From: a virus
DNA: 64,000 bases
Reading direction: 5' to 3' (one strand)
Virus record (IMG/VR): IMGVR_UViG_3300045120_000303
Coordinates: 2,416 to 66,415 of that record
Shown: positions 44,308 through 54,900 of the stretch, in pieces
How positions within the stretch are numbered: the first letter of the stretch is position 1
How the letters are laid out: every line of letters begins with the position of its first letter
Position numbers and translations under genes: made by a program
Notes under the pieces: generated by a model
What the model was told of the DNA's origin: nothing
The model's input: only the letters and a program-made list of their open reading frames with translations
The model's database searches: none

Positions 44308-44745
44308 TTAGGGAGGGGCGGTAGTCAAACGGTCTTGGAACTTGTACCGGACGATTAACGGCAACCGCCGATACATCCCGTCGTCGATCGTCCATTGCAG
44401 AGGGTCGGATGACTGGTTCTCGCTGTAGACCAGGCCTTCCGGCGTCATCCCGGCCTTGAGGCCGCGGAAGGCGAGTTCGAATGCGCTGAGATAATCGAGC
44501 CAGGGACGGATGCCCGAGCCGATGGGGATCATTAAGCTGATGAAGATCTGGCCAAGCTCTTCCCAGGTGTCGCCGCCTAGTTCGATCGGCCGATAGGACT
44601 CCGCTGAGACTTCGATCTGCACCCACGGGGCTGGTGGCGATGGTCGAGGGCCCGCGTCCTCGTTGGGCATTTCGAATGTGATGCCGAGCTGATCCGCCAC
44701 CGCCTGGATGCGGGGGATCGCGTCATCCCATACCTCGCCCTTCAT
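44308..44745 (-). CDS. Tail terminator-like protein
   Basis: PN......PW.......LG.....E.G........P.G.G. Confidence 0.7.
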   Translation of the reverse strand: MKGEVWDDAIPRIQAVADQLGITFEMPNEDAGPRPSPPAPWVQIEVSAESYRPIELGGDTWEELGQIFISLMIPIGSGIRPWLDYLSAFELAFRGLKAGMTPEGLVYSENQSSDPLQWTIDDGMYRRLPLIVRYKFQDRLTTAPP

Positions 44746-44747
44746 AG

Positions 44748-45092
44748 TTAGCCGCCGAGCGTCTTGATGATGTAGACGCTGCCATCAGCGAGACGACGCT
44801 CGTCCGCCCTTCCTTGAATTGTCCGCGTGCTGCCATCCGAATAGACGATCTGGTCGCCTTGGCGCGGAGGCCGCGGCCACTGCATCGCGTTCATCTCGCG
44901 GTCGGTAACCATGAGAAGGTCGTGGGTCTGTTGGACGGATCCGATCAGCACCGCCTCGGGGCCGGTCTGCACGATGGCCTGACAGATGACGCTCAACGCC
45001 GCGCCTTGCCTGGTGCCTGTCAGGCGCTTGATCGTGACCATGTCGGACTGCGAGGCGCCGGCCCGCAGGAAGTCGTCGATCGTCTGCCTCAT
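44748..45092 (-). CDS. Head closure / head-tail adaptor
   Basis: Position; WPRPP.QGD.I motif. Confidence 0.65.
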   Translation of the reverse strand: MRQTIDDFLRAGASQSDMVTIKRLTGTRQGAALSVICQAIVQTGPEAVLIGSVQQTHDLLMVTDREMNAMQWPRPPRQGDQIVYSDGSTRTIQGRADERRLADGSVYIIKTLGG

Positions 45093-45532
45093 TTTGGGCT
45101 GACCAGCGCCGTCAGCGTCGTGTTGACGTACGTTCCGTCGACGACCAGCAACAGCCGCAGCCGATCGCCCAGGACCGGGCAGAGAAACCCCTCCGCGGTC
45201 GGAATGCCGGTGCTGTCCATGCCGCCGGCACCTGGCGCGATAAAGCCGTTCGTGCCGCCGAACAGCTCGAAAAGCACCGCGCGTGCCGCGGTGGTGAACG
45301 TCACCTGTGCGACGTCATAAGGCTGGCCATCCGGCCCCATGGCCGACTGCAGGAGGGCGTTGACTGACTGGCCACCGGAGCCCCACGCAAAGCGCAGGTC
45401 GACCGCGACCGAGGACATACCGACCAGATCTTTGACCCACACGCCGGTCAGCGTTCCTGGCGTCGTGATCTGAAAGGATCCGGTGTCCGTGCCGTCCGGA
45501 CGGAGGGCATAGACGGCTGTTGATTGCAGCAT
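45089..45532 (-). CDS. Hypothetical virion-module protein
   Basis: Beta-rich; LGDRLR...GTY motif. Confidence 0.65.
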   Translation of the reverse strand: MLQSTAVYALRPDGTDTGSFQITTPGTLTGVWVKDLVGMSSVAVDLRFAWGSGGQSVNALLQSAMGPDGQPYDVAQVTFTTAARAVLFELFGGTNGFIAPGAGGMDSTGIPTAEGFLCPVLGDRLRLLLVVDGTYVNTTLTALVSPK

Positions 45533-45543
45533 CGTGGCCTCTC

Positions 45544-45735
45544 TCAGTGCAGGGGGCGGAGGATCGAGGAGCAACACTCGACGACCATCGACGCTTCGCT
45601 GGTTCGCAGCCGATACTGTTGGCACCCGCAGTCGATGCAGCGTGGCCCAATGGCGAGAATGACCGCGGCTTCCGGCTCGCAGGTTTCACAGTGGATGACG
45701 ACGGTGTCGCCAGTTTCGTAGCGACGCTCGGTCAT
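45544..45735 (-). CDS. Small Zn-binding protein
   Basis: CETC...CIDC; ATGA overlap. Confidence 0.45.
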   Translation of the reverse strand: MTERRYETGDTVVIHCETCEPEAAVILAIGPRCIDCGCQQYRLRTSEASMVVECCSSILRPLH

Positions 45736-46394
45736 ATCCGTTGCTCCCGGTATGGCTCCAGGCGCGCGGCTGCGGCCGGCAGGATCGCTGCGTTGTCACC
45801 GGGGTTGCCGTAGAAGTAGGTGGTCGACAGGACGTTCGGCACCGTCTCGGACTTGATCGTCTGATCGCGCTGGCCAGCGGTCTTGCGGTAGCCCAACTGC
45901 ATCAGCACCGCGGCCTCGATGTCGGGCGGCAGGTCGTCGCCCAACGTGTAGCCGCCGGTGTATTGGACCGTGATGGTGTTCGGGTATCCGTAGCCGAGGT
46001 ACCAGTACTGGTCGGGCGGGCCGAACCAGGGCACCCAGCAATCGTCGACCTGGCTGTAGCGACGCAGCAGACCGGCATCGCCGTCGAGCTGCCACTGATC
46101 CGGCGTCAGCACCTCGTTGTTCCACGTCACCGAGACGACCTCAGTGACCGGGTAGAGCGCCAAGATGAGGTCGGTGCGATGGCCGACCTGATCGCCGGTG
46201 AAGACCTGCTGCAGCGTCTCGTTGACCAGCTTGCGTCCGCAGAACGTCTCGACTGCCGCCGACTCCTCGCGGATCCAGCGCTTGAGGCGCGCGTCGTACG
46301 ACGTGCCGGTTATGCCGAGTTCCTCTTTCGCCGTGTCCAGCGTCGTCAGATCGCGCGACACGGCCTTGGTGATGACGGTGGTGATCGAGCGCAT
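45732..46394 (-). CDS. Head-tail connector (gp6/phiE125 gp8-like)
   Basis: LTTL...K..LGI....D..L......S..VE.FC.R...YTGGY...LP.DIE.A...L.PYR. Confidence 0.85.
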   Translation of the reverse strand: MRSITTVITKAVSRDLTTLDTAKEELGITGTSYDARLKRWIREESAAVETFCGRKLVNETLQQVFTGDQVGHRTDLILALYPVTEVVSVTWNNEVLTPDQWQLDGDAGLLRRYSQVDDCWVPWFGPPDQYWYLGYGYPNTITVQYTGGYTLGDDLPPDIEAAVLMQLGYRKTAGQRDQTIKSETVPNVLSTTYFYGNPGDNAAILPAAAARLEPYREQRI

Positions 46395-47056
46395 CAGGTC
46401 ATCCGCGCGAAGGCAAAGCTCGCGATGCTCTCGCGGCCGAGGCGCGTCTCCGCTTCGTTGTGTTCAAGCAGCTCCCAACCGAGGGAGCGCATTACCTTCA
46501 AGAAGCCGAAGCTCGTGAAGTACCAGAAGTGTTCGTCCTCTCGGTAGTGTTTGGAGGTCAGCACCTCGCAGGGACCGGAGAACACCGGGAGACACACGAA
46601 CACGCGGGCGCTGACGCGGCACAGGAGCCGGTCGAAGTCCCAGAGATGCTCCAGCACGTCCCATAGCGTCACAGCCTGCACAGGCTCGCTGTAGGGGTTG
46701 CAGAACAGGCCACGCTCCAAGAGCCACTGCACACCGACGGGGTTGATGTCGTAGCCGCGCGTGTTGGGTCTGGCATCTACGAAAGCGCCGCAGCCGATCC
46801 CCACGTCGACCACGGGCCCGTCCCAGTACCGGTCCACCAGATCGACGCGGGCCTCGGTCAGGCGTCGGCCGAGGGGCGTGTCGCGGTAGCTGAGATATTT
46901 GGCGAAGTAGCTGACGTCGTACGGCGCGGACGGGTCTTTGACATTGAAATATCCGACGCCCAGATCGGGGAGCCAGGTCAGCCGGTTTTTGGCGAGCCGG
47001 TCGATGAGCGAGAGCTTGGGAAGCCGAGCCTGATCTTCCGCGTCCAGCGCCTCCAT
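46394..47056 (-). CDS. Class I SAM-dependent methyltransferase
   Basis: VVDVGIGCGAF (motif I), GYDIN, WDVLEH, EH.WYF; start approximate. Confidence 0.85.
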   Translation of the reverse strand: MEALDAEDQARLPKLSLIDRLAKNRLTWLPDLGVGYFNVKDPSAPYDVSYFAKYLSYRDTPLGRRLTEARVDLVDRYWDGPVVDVGIGCGAFVDARPNTRGYDINPVGVQWLLERGLFCNPYSEPVQAVTLWDVLEHLWDFDRLLCRVSARVFVCLPVFSGPCEVLTSKHYREDEHFWYFTSFGFLKVMRSLGWELLEHNEAETRLGRESIASFAFARMT

Positions 47057-47907
47057 TGCTGTCCACAGTCGGGTATGAGCTTCGTGCATCGATGTCGCAT
47101 GTCTGTGCATACACAGGCCCTTTCCGGCATGGCGAAACCGATGCGCTTGGTCTTCATCCTGGGATCGAGGAGCCTTTCCGGCGCGTTCATTCCGAGGTTG
47201 CCGCCCAGGACGACGAAGGTTGGCGTCTGCAGCGCGACCGCGACCGGCACGATGAAGCCGACCGGGCCGACGACAACGGCGGCATCTCGGATGCTGGCGA
47301 GCAGTTGGCGCACCGACAGCTCGCCGCGGGTCAGCGCCAGGTTGTGCGGAGGCAGTGGGCCGTCCACCCACTCGTATCCCTCTTTGATGTCGCAAATGAC
47401 CACGACGGCGAAGCCGCTGCGCTTGAGGTCACCGGCGATCTCGTTGACGTACTGCGGTATCGGGTTCCTGGCCTCGTTGTCCCATTCCACTCGCCGCATC
47501 ACCGGGCGGATGATCGCCAGCGGCGCGTCGCCTGTGTCGAACGGGCAGGGGCCCATATCTGGCAAATCCCACACCGGCGGCGTGGAGACTATGTGCGGGA
47601 GCTTCCGCTCCATGATCTTCGCCACGTTGCTTCGAACAAGCTCCTGGGCGCCATAGCCAAGCGCCACCATCTCAACCTCAGGCGGAGGCGGCATGAACCA
47701 TTGTCTGCTGTGCTGGCGCGCGATGTTCCGCATCTGCGTGCGAAGCTGGCGGCGACCGCGGACGAACCGCACGGGTAGATCGTCATACAGTTCCGGCCAT
47801 GGTGTTTCGAGGTAGACCTCGCGCTCTGCAGTCTGTGCTGCGATGAACGGCCTCGAGTAGCATGCATCACCCAAGCCCCAAGGCGCACGAATGAAGAGGG
47901 GACTCAC
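46978..47907 (-). CDS. GT-B glycosyltransferase (GT9/heptosyltransferase-like)
   Basis: GLGD....P N-terminus; L...I..A..VVG..G....A.AL..P..V..GG; C-terminal Cys cluster. Confidence 0.75.
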   Translation of the reverse strand: MSPLFIRAPWGLGDACYSRPFIAAQTAEREVYLETPWPELYDDLPVRFVRGRRQLRTQMRNIARQHSRQWFMPPPPEVEMVALGYGAQELVRSNVAKIMERKLPHIVSTPPVWDLPDMGPCPFDTGDAPLAIIRPVMRRVEWDNEARNPIPQYVNEIAGDLKRSGFAVVVICDIKEGYEWVDGPLPPHNLALTRGELSVRQLLASIRDAAVVVGPVGFIVPVAVALQTPTFVVLGGNLGMNAPERLLDPRMKTKRIGFAMPERACVCTDMRHRCTKLIPDCGQQWRRWTRKIRLGFPSSRSSTGSPKTG

Positions 47908-48164
47908 TTGCGATGATGTTTCGGTTTCGCTTTTGGTGGTGGCGCAGACGGCTTTACTGGCGCCGCCTTCGCCGCCGGTTGCTCCTGTGGTGACGGTGGA
48001 TCCGCCACGACTTTGATCTGCTGGCCATCGTCTAACACCGGCACAGCCAGACCGGCGAGTTCAAGCTCAGTGGCCCGAGGACCGTGAGCTTGAAAACGCT
48101 GACCTGGCTCCACCACGCCCTCGTGATCCATGTTGATCCAAGGCTTGAGGGCTTCCATCAACAT
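47904..48164 (-). CDS. Small capsid-adjacent protein
   Basis: G.V.PG..F.....A.EL...GLA, Pro/Lys tail; GGAGG RBS. Confidence 0.7.
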   Translation of the reverse strand: MLMEALKPWINMDHEGVVEPGQRFQAHGPRATELELAGLAVPVLDDGQQIKVVADPPSPQEQPAAKAAPVKPSAPPPKAKPKHHRK

Positions 48165-48185
48165 GGTATAGCCTCCAGTATAGTT

Positions 48186-49388
48186 TTACGGTATATTGCC
48201 GTAAATGAAGGCTGCCGGACGATATACTGCGAGTGCTAGTCTCTCTTCTCCACGTATAGTTATCATATTCTTAACAAAATCTAGATCATTTTCAGTAGAG
48301 AGCAGTATTTCTATCGACATCCTGTCGAAGATCTGCGCTCCCAGTTGGAACGCTCCGGTCAGGAATTTGCCGACCTGCATTGCCTGCGTGTCGACAACCG
48401 GAAGGTTCCAGAGCCGCTTGCCGAGGACGCCGGTTGGATCGCCAACGATGTAACGACCCTGCGTGTCTTTGGTCAGCTCGATGCGGCCCCAGTCAGTCGG
48501 GTGCAGCACGTAGCCACTCGCCGGATAGAGCGCGAGCGTTGCCTGCAGGGATGCAAGCCGCAGAGTATCGATCGCGGTCGGCAAGGAAGGCGCGAACGCT
48601 GCAGAGTAGGCGGTAGCCTGCGGTACGATGCCCAGGAGATGTTGACCGGTCCCGTCCCCGTAGAGCAGCTCCGCCTCCTCGACGAACTGCAGGCCGTAGG
48701 TCAGGCGACCATCGATGATGCTCCGCAGTTGCGGCGCATCGTCCATGATCTGACGGCTCGCTTTCATAAAGTGAGCGATGGTTCGCACGGGCAGGCTCTT
48801 CAAGTCGAAGGTGATGTTCGACTGTGGCTTGAGCTGGCCTTCCGAAACCACCGCAGCCGCGGTCACCGCAGGATCATCGGTTTCCACCGCATATTCGATG
48901 GCATTCGACGACGTCGTCCCGGGCGTTATGAGGTTCCTGACGACCATCTGCCGCATCGGTGGGGTTACCATGCCGACGCGGTCTGCAACCACCAGCGACG
49001 TGCTGGGCGACCGGCCGGCGCCTTGGGTGGGATTGCCCGACGTGATGTCCTTCAGCTCGATGGACAACCTGGCCGAACCGGACTTGCTCTGCATGAGCCC
49101 CTTGACGCCTTCGTTCTCAAGCACGAGGTCGCCAAGCGATTTCAGTTCCTCATTCGGGTCGCCATGACGGCGGACCATCTTCTGCTCGATCGCGGTCAGT
49201 CGCTCGCTGATCGTGTTCATCTCCGTCAGCGCCTTGTCGGCCTTCGCCTTGGTTTCCTCGGTGATTGTGCCGAGGTTCTTCATCTCGGTCGTGGCCTTCT
49301 CCGCGAAGGTTTTGACCTCGTCGGTTGCTTTCTTGAGGTCGATCGCAAGGTTCTTGAGTTCGACCTCGGGGTTCGGATCGTCGGCCAT
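48186..49388 (-). CDS. HK97-fold major capsid protein
   Basis: Coiled-coil delta domain; V.EG..KP.S...TIAH...AS.Q..DDAPQL; F.KN.ITIR.EERLAL.VYRP.AF. Confidence 0.97.
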   Translation of the reverse strand: MADDPNPEVELKNLAIDLKKATDEVKTFAEKATTEMKNLGTITEETKAKADKALTEMNTISERLTAIEQKMVRRHGDPNEELKSLGDLVLENEGVKGLMQSKSGSARLSIELKDITSGNPTQGAGRSPSTSLVVADRVGMVTPPMRQMVVRNLITPGTTSSNAIEYAVETDDPAVTAAAVVSEGQLKPQSNITFDLKSLPVRTIAHFMKASRQIMDDAPQLRSIIDGRLTYGLQFVEEAELLYGDGTGQHLLGIVPQATAYSAAFAPSLPTAIDTLRLASLQATLALYPASGYVLHPTDWGRIELTKDTQGRYIVGDPTGVLGKRLWNLPVVDTQAMQVGKFLTGAFQLGAQIFDRMSIEILLSTENDLDFVKNMITIRGEERLALAVYRPAAFIYGNIP

Positions 49389-49394
49389 TGTGTC

Positions 49395-50291
49395 CTACCT
49401 TTTGCTGGTGAGTGAGAAGCCAGACACGAGCGTCGACAGTTCCTTGACCGTCGCTGCGCGTGCTTCCGTTTCCGCCTGCTCCTTCACCTCGTCCCGAGGC
49501 GGTTTGAACCCGAGTTCGGCGATAGCTCGGGACTGCGAATGCGAAAGGTGGAACTCCTCCCGGAGCCACGCCTCGTACTCGCGAATGGTGGTGGGCTTGG
49601 ACATCTTCCAGCCCATTGGGGTGTCGTGACCGGTCAGCGCGGAGTGGGCATCCATCAGATGCGCCATCATCTGCGACCGCTGGTCGACTGTCGGGCTGTT
49701 CTGACCGGCAAGCGACGTCTGATGCAGCTTCATGCAGGCAGCGACCGCGTCCATGGCCTTCTGGGCATCGACGTTCCGCATCACCGAGTTCATGAAATGC
49801 ACTTGCGCCAGGGCGTTCGCGGGATCCCGCACGAGATCGACAGAATGCAGATCGAGCCGGTTGATGGTGCGCTTGGGCTCGCCCTCCTTCTTGCCGCGGA
49901 CATCGCCGCCGGCCGGCACCCGGAAGGCGATGGACAGCCCCGTGATAGCCTTGTCGCGCATCAGGCCGATGATGCGTTTGCTGTGGTCGGTATCGAGCGC
50001 GGAGATCTTGCCCTTGACGTGGAGGCCCTTGCTGTCCTCCGACATTGCCTGCCACACGCCGATCGGCAGCGGGTCGCCACCGAGTTCATATGCGCTGTGT
50101 TCAGCGTACATCCCCGGCATCGTGCCCGCGGTGGTGTGCTTGGCGAGCGTCTCCGCGAAGGCGCCGGCCGCGATGACATGGCCGTAGTAGTCGGTGTTGC
50201 CGAACACGGCGCCATAGCCTTCGAAAGCCCCGGGCTGGCCGTCGCTAACGAACGACAGCTCAACCGGAGCTGCGTAGCGGTCGTACAACAT
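49395..50291 (-). CDS. HK97-family prohead protease
   Basis: FEGYG.VFGN.D......AGAF...H...PIG.W....ED.KGL...GLSI.F...DLV..PAN. Confidence 0.95.
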   Translation of the reverse strand: MLYDRYAAPVELSFVSDGQPGAFEGYGAVFGNTDYYGHVIAAGAFAETLAKHTTAGTMPGMYAEHSAYELGGDPLPIGVWQAMSEDSKGLHVKGKISALDTDHSKRIIGLMRDKAITGLSIAFRVPAGGDVRGKKEGEPKRTINRLDLHSVDLVRDPANALAQVHFMNSVMRNVDAQKAMDAVAACMKLHQTSLAGQNSPTVDQRSQMMAHLMDAHSALTGHDTPMGWKMSKPTTIREYEAWLREEFHLSHSQSRAIAELGFKPPRDEVKEQAETEARAATVKELSTLVSGFSLTSKR

Positions 50292-50303
50292 GGCAGTTGT
50301 CTC

Positions 50304-51641
50304 CTAGCTTGGCTTCTGCGGCGGCTTGGGCGGCGGCGGCGGAAGAGCCGGTGGCGGAACCGGCGTATGGGGCAGTGGCGTGGCGCCGGGGGGCGTGGCG
50401 GGCGTGAATGGATCGAACGGCTTCTCAATTCTGAACGAGGCCTCTTTGCCGAGGAGCTGAATGGGAATGAGGTTGCTCTGGACGGTGAGATCATCGCCGC
50501 CCTCGATCGGTGCCACGTTGTCGAGCGCGCGTAGTTCATTCCTCGTGCGGAGGCCGTGATCCGCATAGGCAGTCATCAGTGCAGCGCGGCCGGCGCTGTC
50601 GGCTCTTAGCAGTGCGTCGACGTTGAACTCGGCGTAATAGAGCTTCTTCTCGCCAGGTTTGAGCAGCGACATGCGGATTGCTTGCTCAATAGACTTCAGT
50701 AGTGGCCTCAATGTATACGTGAGGAACCAGAGGTTCATCTGCTCTAGGCCTGTGCCCCAGGCAGTAGACTTTTCCATGTGCCCAATCATGACCGGTTGGA
50801 CGCCAAACCAGCGGCAGACCTCTTCTACGCTGAACGCTCGAGTTGCCAGGAGCTGTGCGTCCTCGGGCTTGATGCTGATCGCATCGGCCGTCATGCCGCC
50901 TTCCAACAACGCGAAGCCGCCGGTGTTGATCGCGCCGACCAGCTTCTCTTTCGTCTCCTCCTCGAAACGCTTGCGCCGGTTCTCGTCGAGCCATTTGTCG
51001 ATCTTGAAGACCATCGACGGCTTCATACCGTTGCGGAAGAAACTAGCCGCCGATTTGTCCGCCGCTAGCGATATCCCAAGCGTCTCCCGCGCCTGTCCGA
51101 CGATCGACATCCCGTGCATGCCATCGAGGGTGAACCCCTTAATGTGCATGACCTGCTCTTCCTGCAGCTCCCTGATCTCGCCGGCCCATGAGTAGAAGTA
51201 GGTGACCGACTTGTCCGCGTTCTTTCGCAGCGTCAGACGGTCGGGCACCATTGGCGCGATTGCCACGACGCGAGTGCCGAGGCGCTCGATCTCAATGTAG
51301 GCGTTGCCCCACAACAAAATGCACGCAACCACAGCCTCCCAGAAGGTCACCGCGGTCATGTCCGCGTTGGGTTGGTCGTGCAACATGTCGTAGAGCGGAT
51401 GGTCGCGTGCGAGCGTGCCACGCCCATCCTCGTCTGCCTGGTAGAAGTGGCACGGCAGCGTGGCGATCGTCTGCGAGATCAACCGCACGCAGGCGTACAC
51501 AGTTCCGATCTGCATCGAGGTGCGCGGCGAGACGACCTCGCCCGAATACGTGGGGCCACCTCCCAGCCATGAGATCATACGGGTATCGGTCAGACCAAGG
51601 TTGCGCGCGATGGTCGAAACCGCGTTGCGGATTATGCCCAC
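50304..51641 (-). CDS. HK97-family portal protein
   Basis: VYACV..I...IA.LP...PN..MT...F......L.GNAY...LEGGM...T.NE.R. Confidence 0.97.
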   Translation of the reverse strand: MGIIRNAVSTIARNLGLTDTRMISWLGGGPTYSGEVVSPRTSMQIGTVYACVRLISQTIATLPCHFYQADEDGRGTLARDHPLYDMLHDQPNADMTAVTFWEAVVACILLWGNAYIEIERLGTRVVAIAPMVPDRLTLRKNADKSVTYFYSWAGEIRELQEEQVMHIKGFTLDGMHGMSIVGQARETLGISLAADKSAASFFRNGMKPSMVFKIDKWLDENRRKRFEEETKEKLVGAINTGGFALLEGGMTADAISIKPEDAQLLATRAFSVEEVCRWFGVQPVMIGHMEKSTAWGTGLEQMNLWFLTYTLRPLLKSIEQAIRMSLLKPGEKKLYYAEFNVDALLRADSAGRAALMTAYADHGLRTRNELRALDNVAPIEGGDDLTVQSNLIPIQLLGKEASFRIEKPFDPFTPATPPGATPLPHTPVPPPALPPPPPKPPQKPS

Positions 51642-51702
51642 TGTCAGCGCCTCCCGACCGTGCGTGTATTGGCCCGCGCCGGGTCAGGCCCGTGCTGGTC
51701 AG

Positions 51703-51948
51703 TTAGGCTGGCGGTTCTGCCCTGCTGACCGTTTCTGGTTCACGCACGACAGTCGGTGGCGGATTGATCGAGTTGAACATCTGGCGCTGCATCTCCGCGA
51801 TGATCGGATTGCAGTCGTTGAACGGATTGACGCCGATCAGTTGATAGACCCGGTTCCAGATCCCCACCGGCAGGGTAATCGTCGCTGGTATTGCGAGCGG
51901 ATCCTGCGCCGGCTGCGGGGGCAAATGGTTGACGTTGTCCATGTCCAT
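51703..51948 (-). CDS. Small protein following fibre (possible fibre chaperone)
   Basis: TGATG overlap with fibre gene. Confidence 0.6.
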   Translation of the reverse strand: MDMDNVNHLPPQPAQDPLAIPATITLPVGIWNRVYQLIGVNPFNDCNPIIAEMQRQMFNSINPPPTVVREPETVSRAEPPA

Positions 51949-54900
51949 CAGTGCAGTGTCCTTGCTTCGAGTTGTTGCACGCGCGCGGCGAGCGCAGCGT
52001 TCTGCGCGGCCAGTTCTTTCATGCCGTTGACCAGCGCCGCGACAATGGGATCGAGAGACATGCCCAGCACAGGGCTATCTTCTTTCCAACTGCCATCCGG
52101 CATATCAATGTCCGTTTCGAACACGGCTTCTGGGATGACGTCACGCACTTCCTGCGCGATGAAGCCGAGTTCGAATCGCCGTGGAGCCTTGATATTATCG
52201 CTGTGCCAGTGATGCCGCTTGAACCTCACTGGCCGCAGCCGAGCGATAGCACTCAGGCCATCACCAAAATCCCCCACGTCGTATTTGATCCGCATATCGG
52301 AGGTGTTGATGTAAGCGCCGTTGCCGCTGACCGTGCCTGTCGCCAGGAAGTTGCCGGTAACGGTCATAGCGCCCGTGGCGCGATTGATGAACAACGGCGT
52401 GGATAGAAAGCCTCCAGCGTCGGTATAGCTTCGAAGATCGAAGTTCGTTCCTGCATTGCCGGTGCTCTCGGCATCCGTATTGCCTATTCGAAGCTCCCAG
52501 CGCGGCAAGGAATTAGCGGCGTTATAGCAAGTGGCCCCGGCACTCTGACCGGCCAGCTTGAACAGAAGCACAGTAGCGGAGCCGGAAGTTGGCTTTAGAT
52601 TTATCTGTGGAGCAGTAACGGTTCCGGAGAAGGTAGGTGATCCGAGGGATGCCGTGACGAAAGCTGTGGTGGCGATCTGCGTCGTGTTCGTGCCTGCGGT
52701 CGCAGTCGGCGCTGTGGGTACCCCTGTCAGTGCAGGCGAGGCGAGGGGCGCATAAGGCGCCAGGAGCGTCGTGAAGCCCGCCCCGGAGACAGCGCCTGAT
52801 GCTGCCAGCGTGGTGAACGAACCCGTGCTGGGCGTCGAGGCGCCAACAGCGGCGGCGTTGAGGCCGGTGGCTGAGAAGAATCCGACATCGAGGGCGTTGA
52901 CGACGAAGTAGTGCGAGGCGTTCAGCGGGGCGACATAGTTCAGCCGAGAAGCGGTGACATTGAAGCCGTAGTTAGTGCCGAAGAGTGCAATGCCTCTTGA
53001 GAGGTCAGAGGTGGTGGCACCGACCGTGCTGGCAAGGCTGATGCCGCGATTGAAAAGCACAAGGCCGGTGCTGCGAGTGATGCGAAAGACCGGGTTGACG
53101 AGGATAGCGCCCGTGTCGTCGTAACTGACGATATCGAGATCGGATCCGGCGTTGCTGCCGCCCTCTGCGGTCGGATTGCACAGGAACCACCAGCGCGCCA
53201 AGCCGCCAGTCTTGAACTGGTATCCTCGATTGGTCCCCGCCACGTTGTCCGCAGACATCCCCTGAAGGCAGGTAACCAGCCCAGTGTCGCCAAGCGTGAT
53301 GACCACATTGGGCGCCGCGGTAGTGCCTATGGAGTATTTGAGGCCAGCAGGTAGGCTGACGGTGTTGTCGAAGTAGAGGTTGCGGTTTGCCGCCCCTGTG
53401 AAGGCGATGTTGCCGCTAACGCGCAGCGCCGCCGAAGTGTAGGTTCCGTTGAGAATAATCCCATATGCCGCGGTGTTCGTAAGGATGAGGCCCCAACCGC
53501 CCGCGTTATTGCCGCTCATCGTCACGCCGCCAGCACTAAACGTCGTGGCGCCCGCAACCGTCCCACCGCCAAGCGAAAGCAGCGAGGTGTCGGTCGGGTG
53601 GGTATGGTCGGCCCGCGCCCACGTCGTTCCGACACCGATTGCAGCTGTCCCGTCCATGTTCGGCGTGGTCGAGGATGGCAACAGGACACCGGTCACGTCG
53701 GCATTTGTCAGCGTGATGGCGCCAACGCGACTGTTGAACGAGAGGACGGCAGCGTTGTTCGCGGCGGTGACGAAGGCAGTGGTCGCAATTTGCGTGGTGT
53801 TCGTCAGAGCCGCAGCAGTTGGCGCTGTGGGGACGCCTGTCAGGGCTGGCGAGGCCAAGGTCGCATAGGCCTGGTTCTTCACGAACGCGGTGGTGGCAAG
53901 CGTGGTGGTGTTGTCGGCGGTCGCTGGCGTCGTGGCAGTGACCGCGCCAATAAACTGGATCGCGCCCGCGCCCTGCGTGCTGATATTGGACGCACTAGTA
54001 GGTGTCGCGCCTGTGCTGAAAATGAAACCGTTGCGCGTCGGGTCGCCGATGCGGGCTATGGTGCCGCACAGCATGTTTTGTGCGGTGAAGATGTTGAACG
54101 AGTTGGTCCAAATCTCCGTGATATACCCCGGCGGGATGGTGAACGACGTGCCACCGGAACAGGTGATGGTGATATTGAAGCCGCCGGTCGTGCCGTTTCG
54201 TATCAGCCAGTTGCGCCGATTCAAAGTCATCGGCACGGTATAGGTGCGGTCGGCCGTCAGCGTGCCGATAACATTAATCGCTCGACCATCAAGCTGCGCT
54301 GCGGTCAGTGTCGTGTCGGCATCGCCGGGGGTTGGCTGGTTCAGACCCTGCGCGGCACGCGCGGCGAACAGAGTCGATGCGATCTGTGTGCTTTCATCTC
54401 CGACTGCCGCGTTCGGCGTTATCGGCACTCCGGTCAACGCAGGCGACGCCAGGGGCGCATAGGGCGCCAGGAGGCCGGTGAAGCCCGCGCCGCTGACCGT
54501 GCCTGTTGCCGCCAGGGTGGTGAAAGAGCCTGTGCTGGGCGTCGTGGCGCCGATGGCGGCGGCGTTTATGCCAGTGGCAGAGATTTGTGCGACGTCAATC
54601 GCGTTGACGTTGAAGAAGTGCGAGGCGTTCAGCGGCGCGAGATAATTGAGCCGATTGGCGGTGACGTTGAAGCCGTAGGTCGTGGCGTAGAGCGCGATAT
54701 GACGAGAGAGGTCGGTGATGCCCCCAGGCGCGACCTGGGTGAATATACCGAGGCCTCGATAGACCATAAACAAGCCGGTAGAGCGCGTGATGCGGAGACA
54801 AGTGCCAATGAGCGCGCCGCTGTCGTTGTAGGCGTTTATGTCGTAGTCGGTACCAACGTCGCCAGTGCTTTCTGCCGTGAGGTTTCCCCCAGCGATCCAG

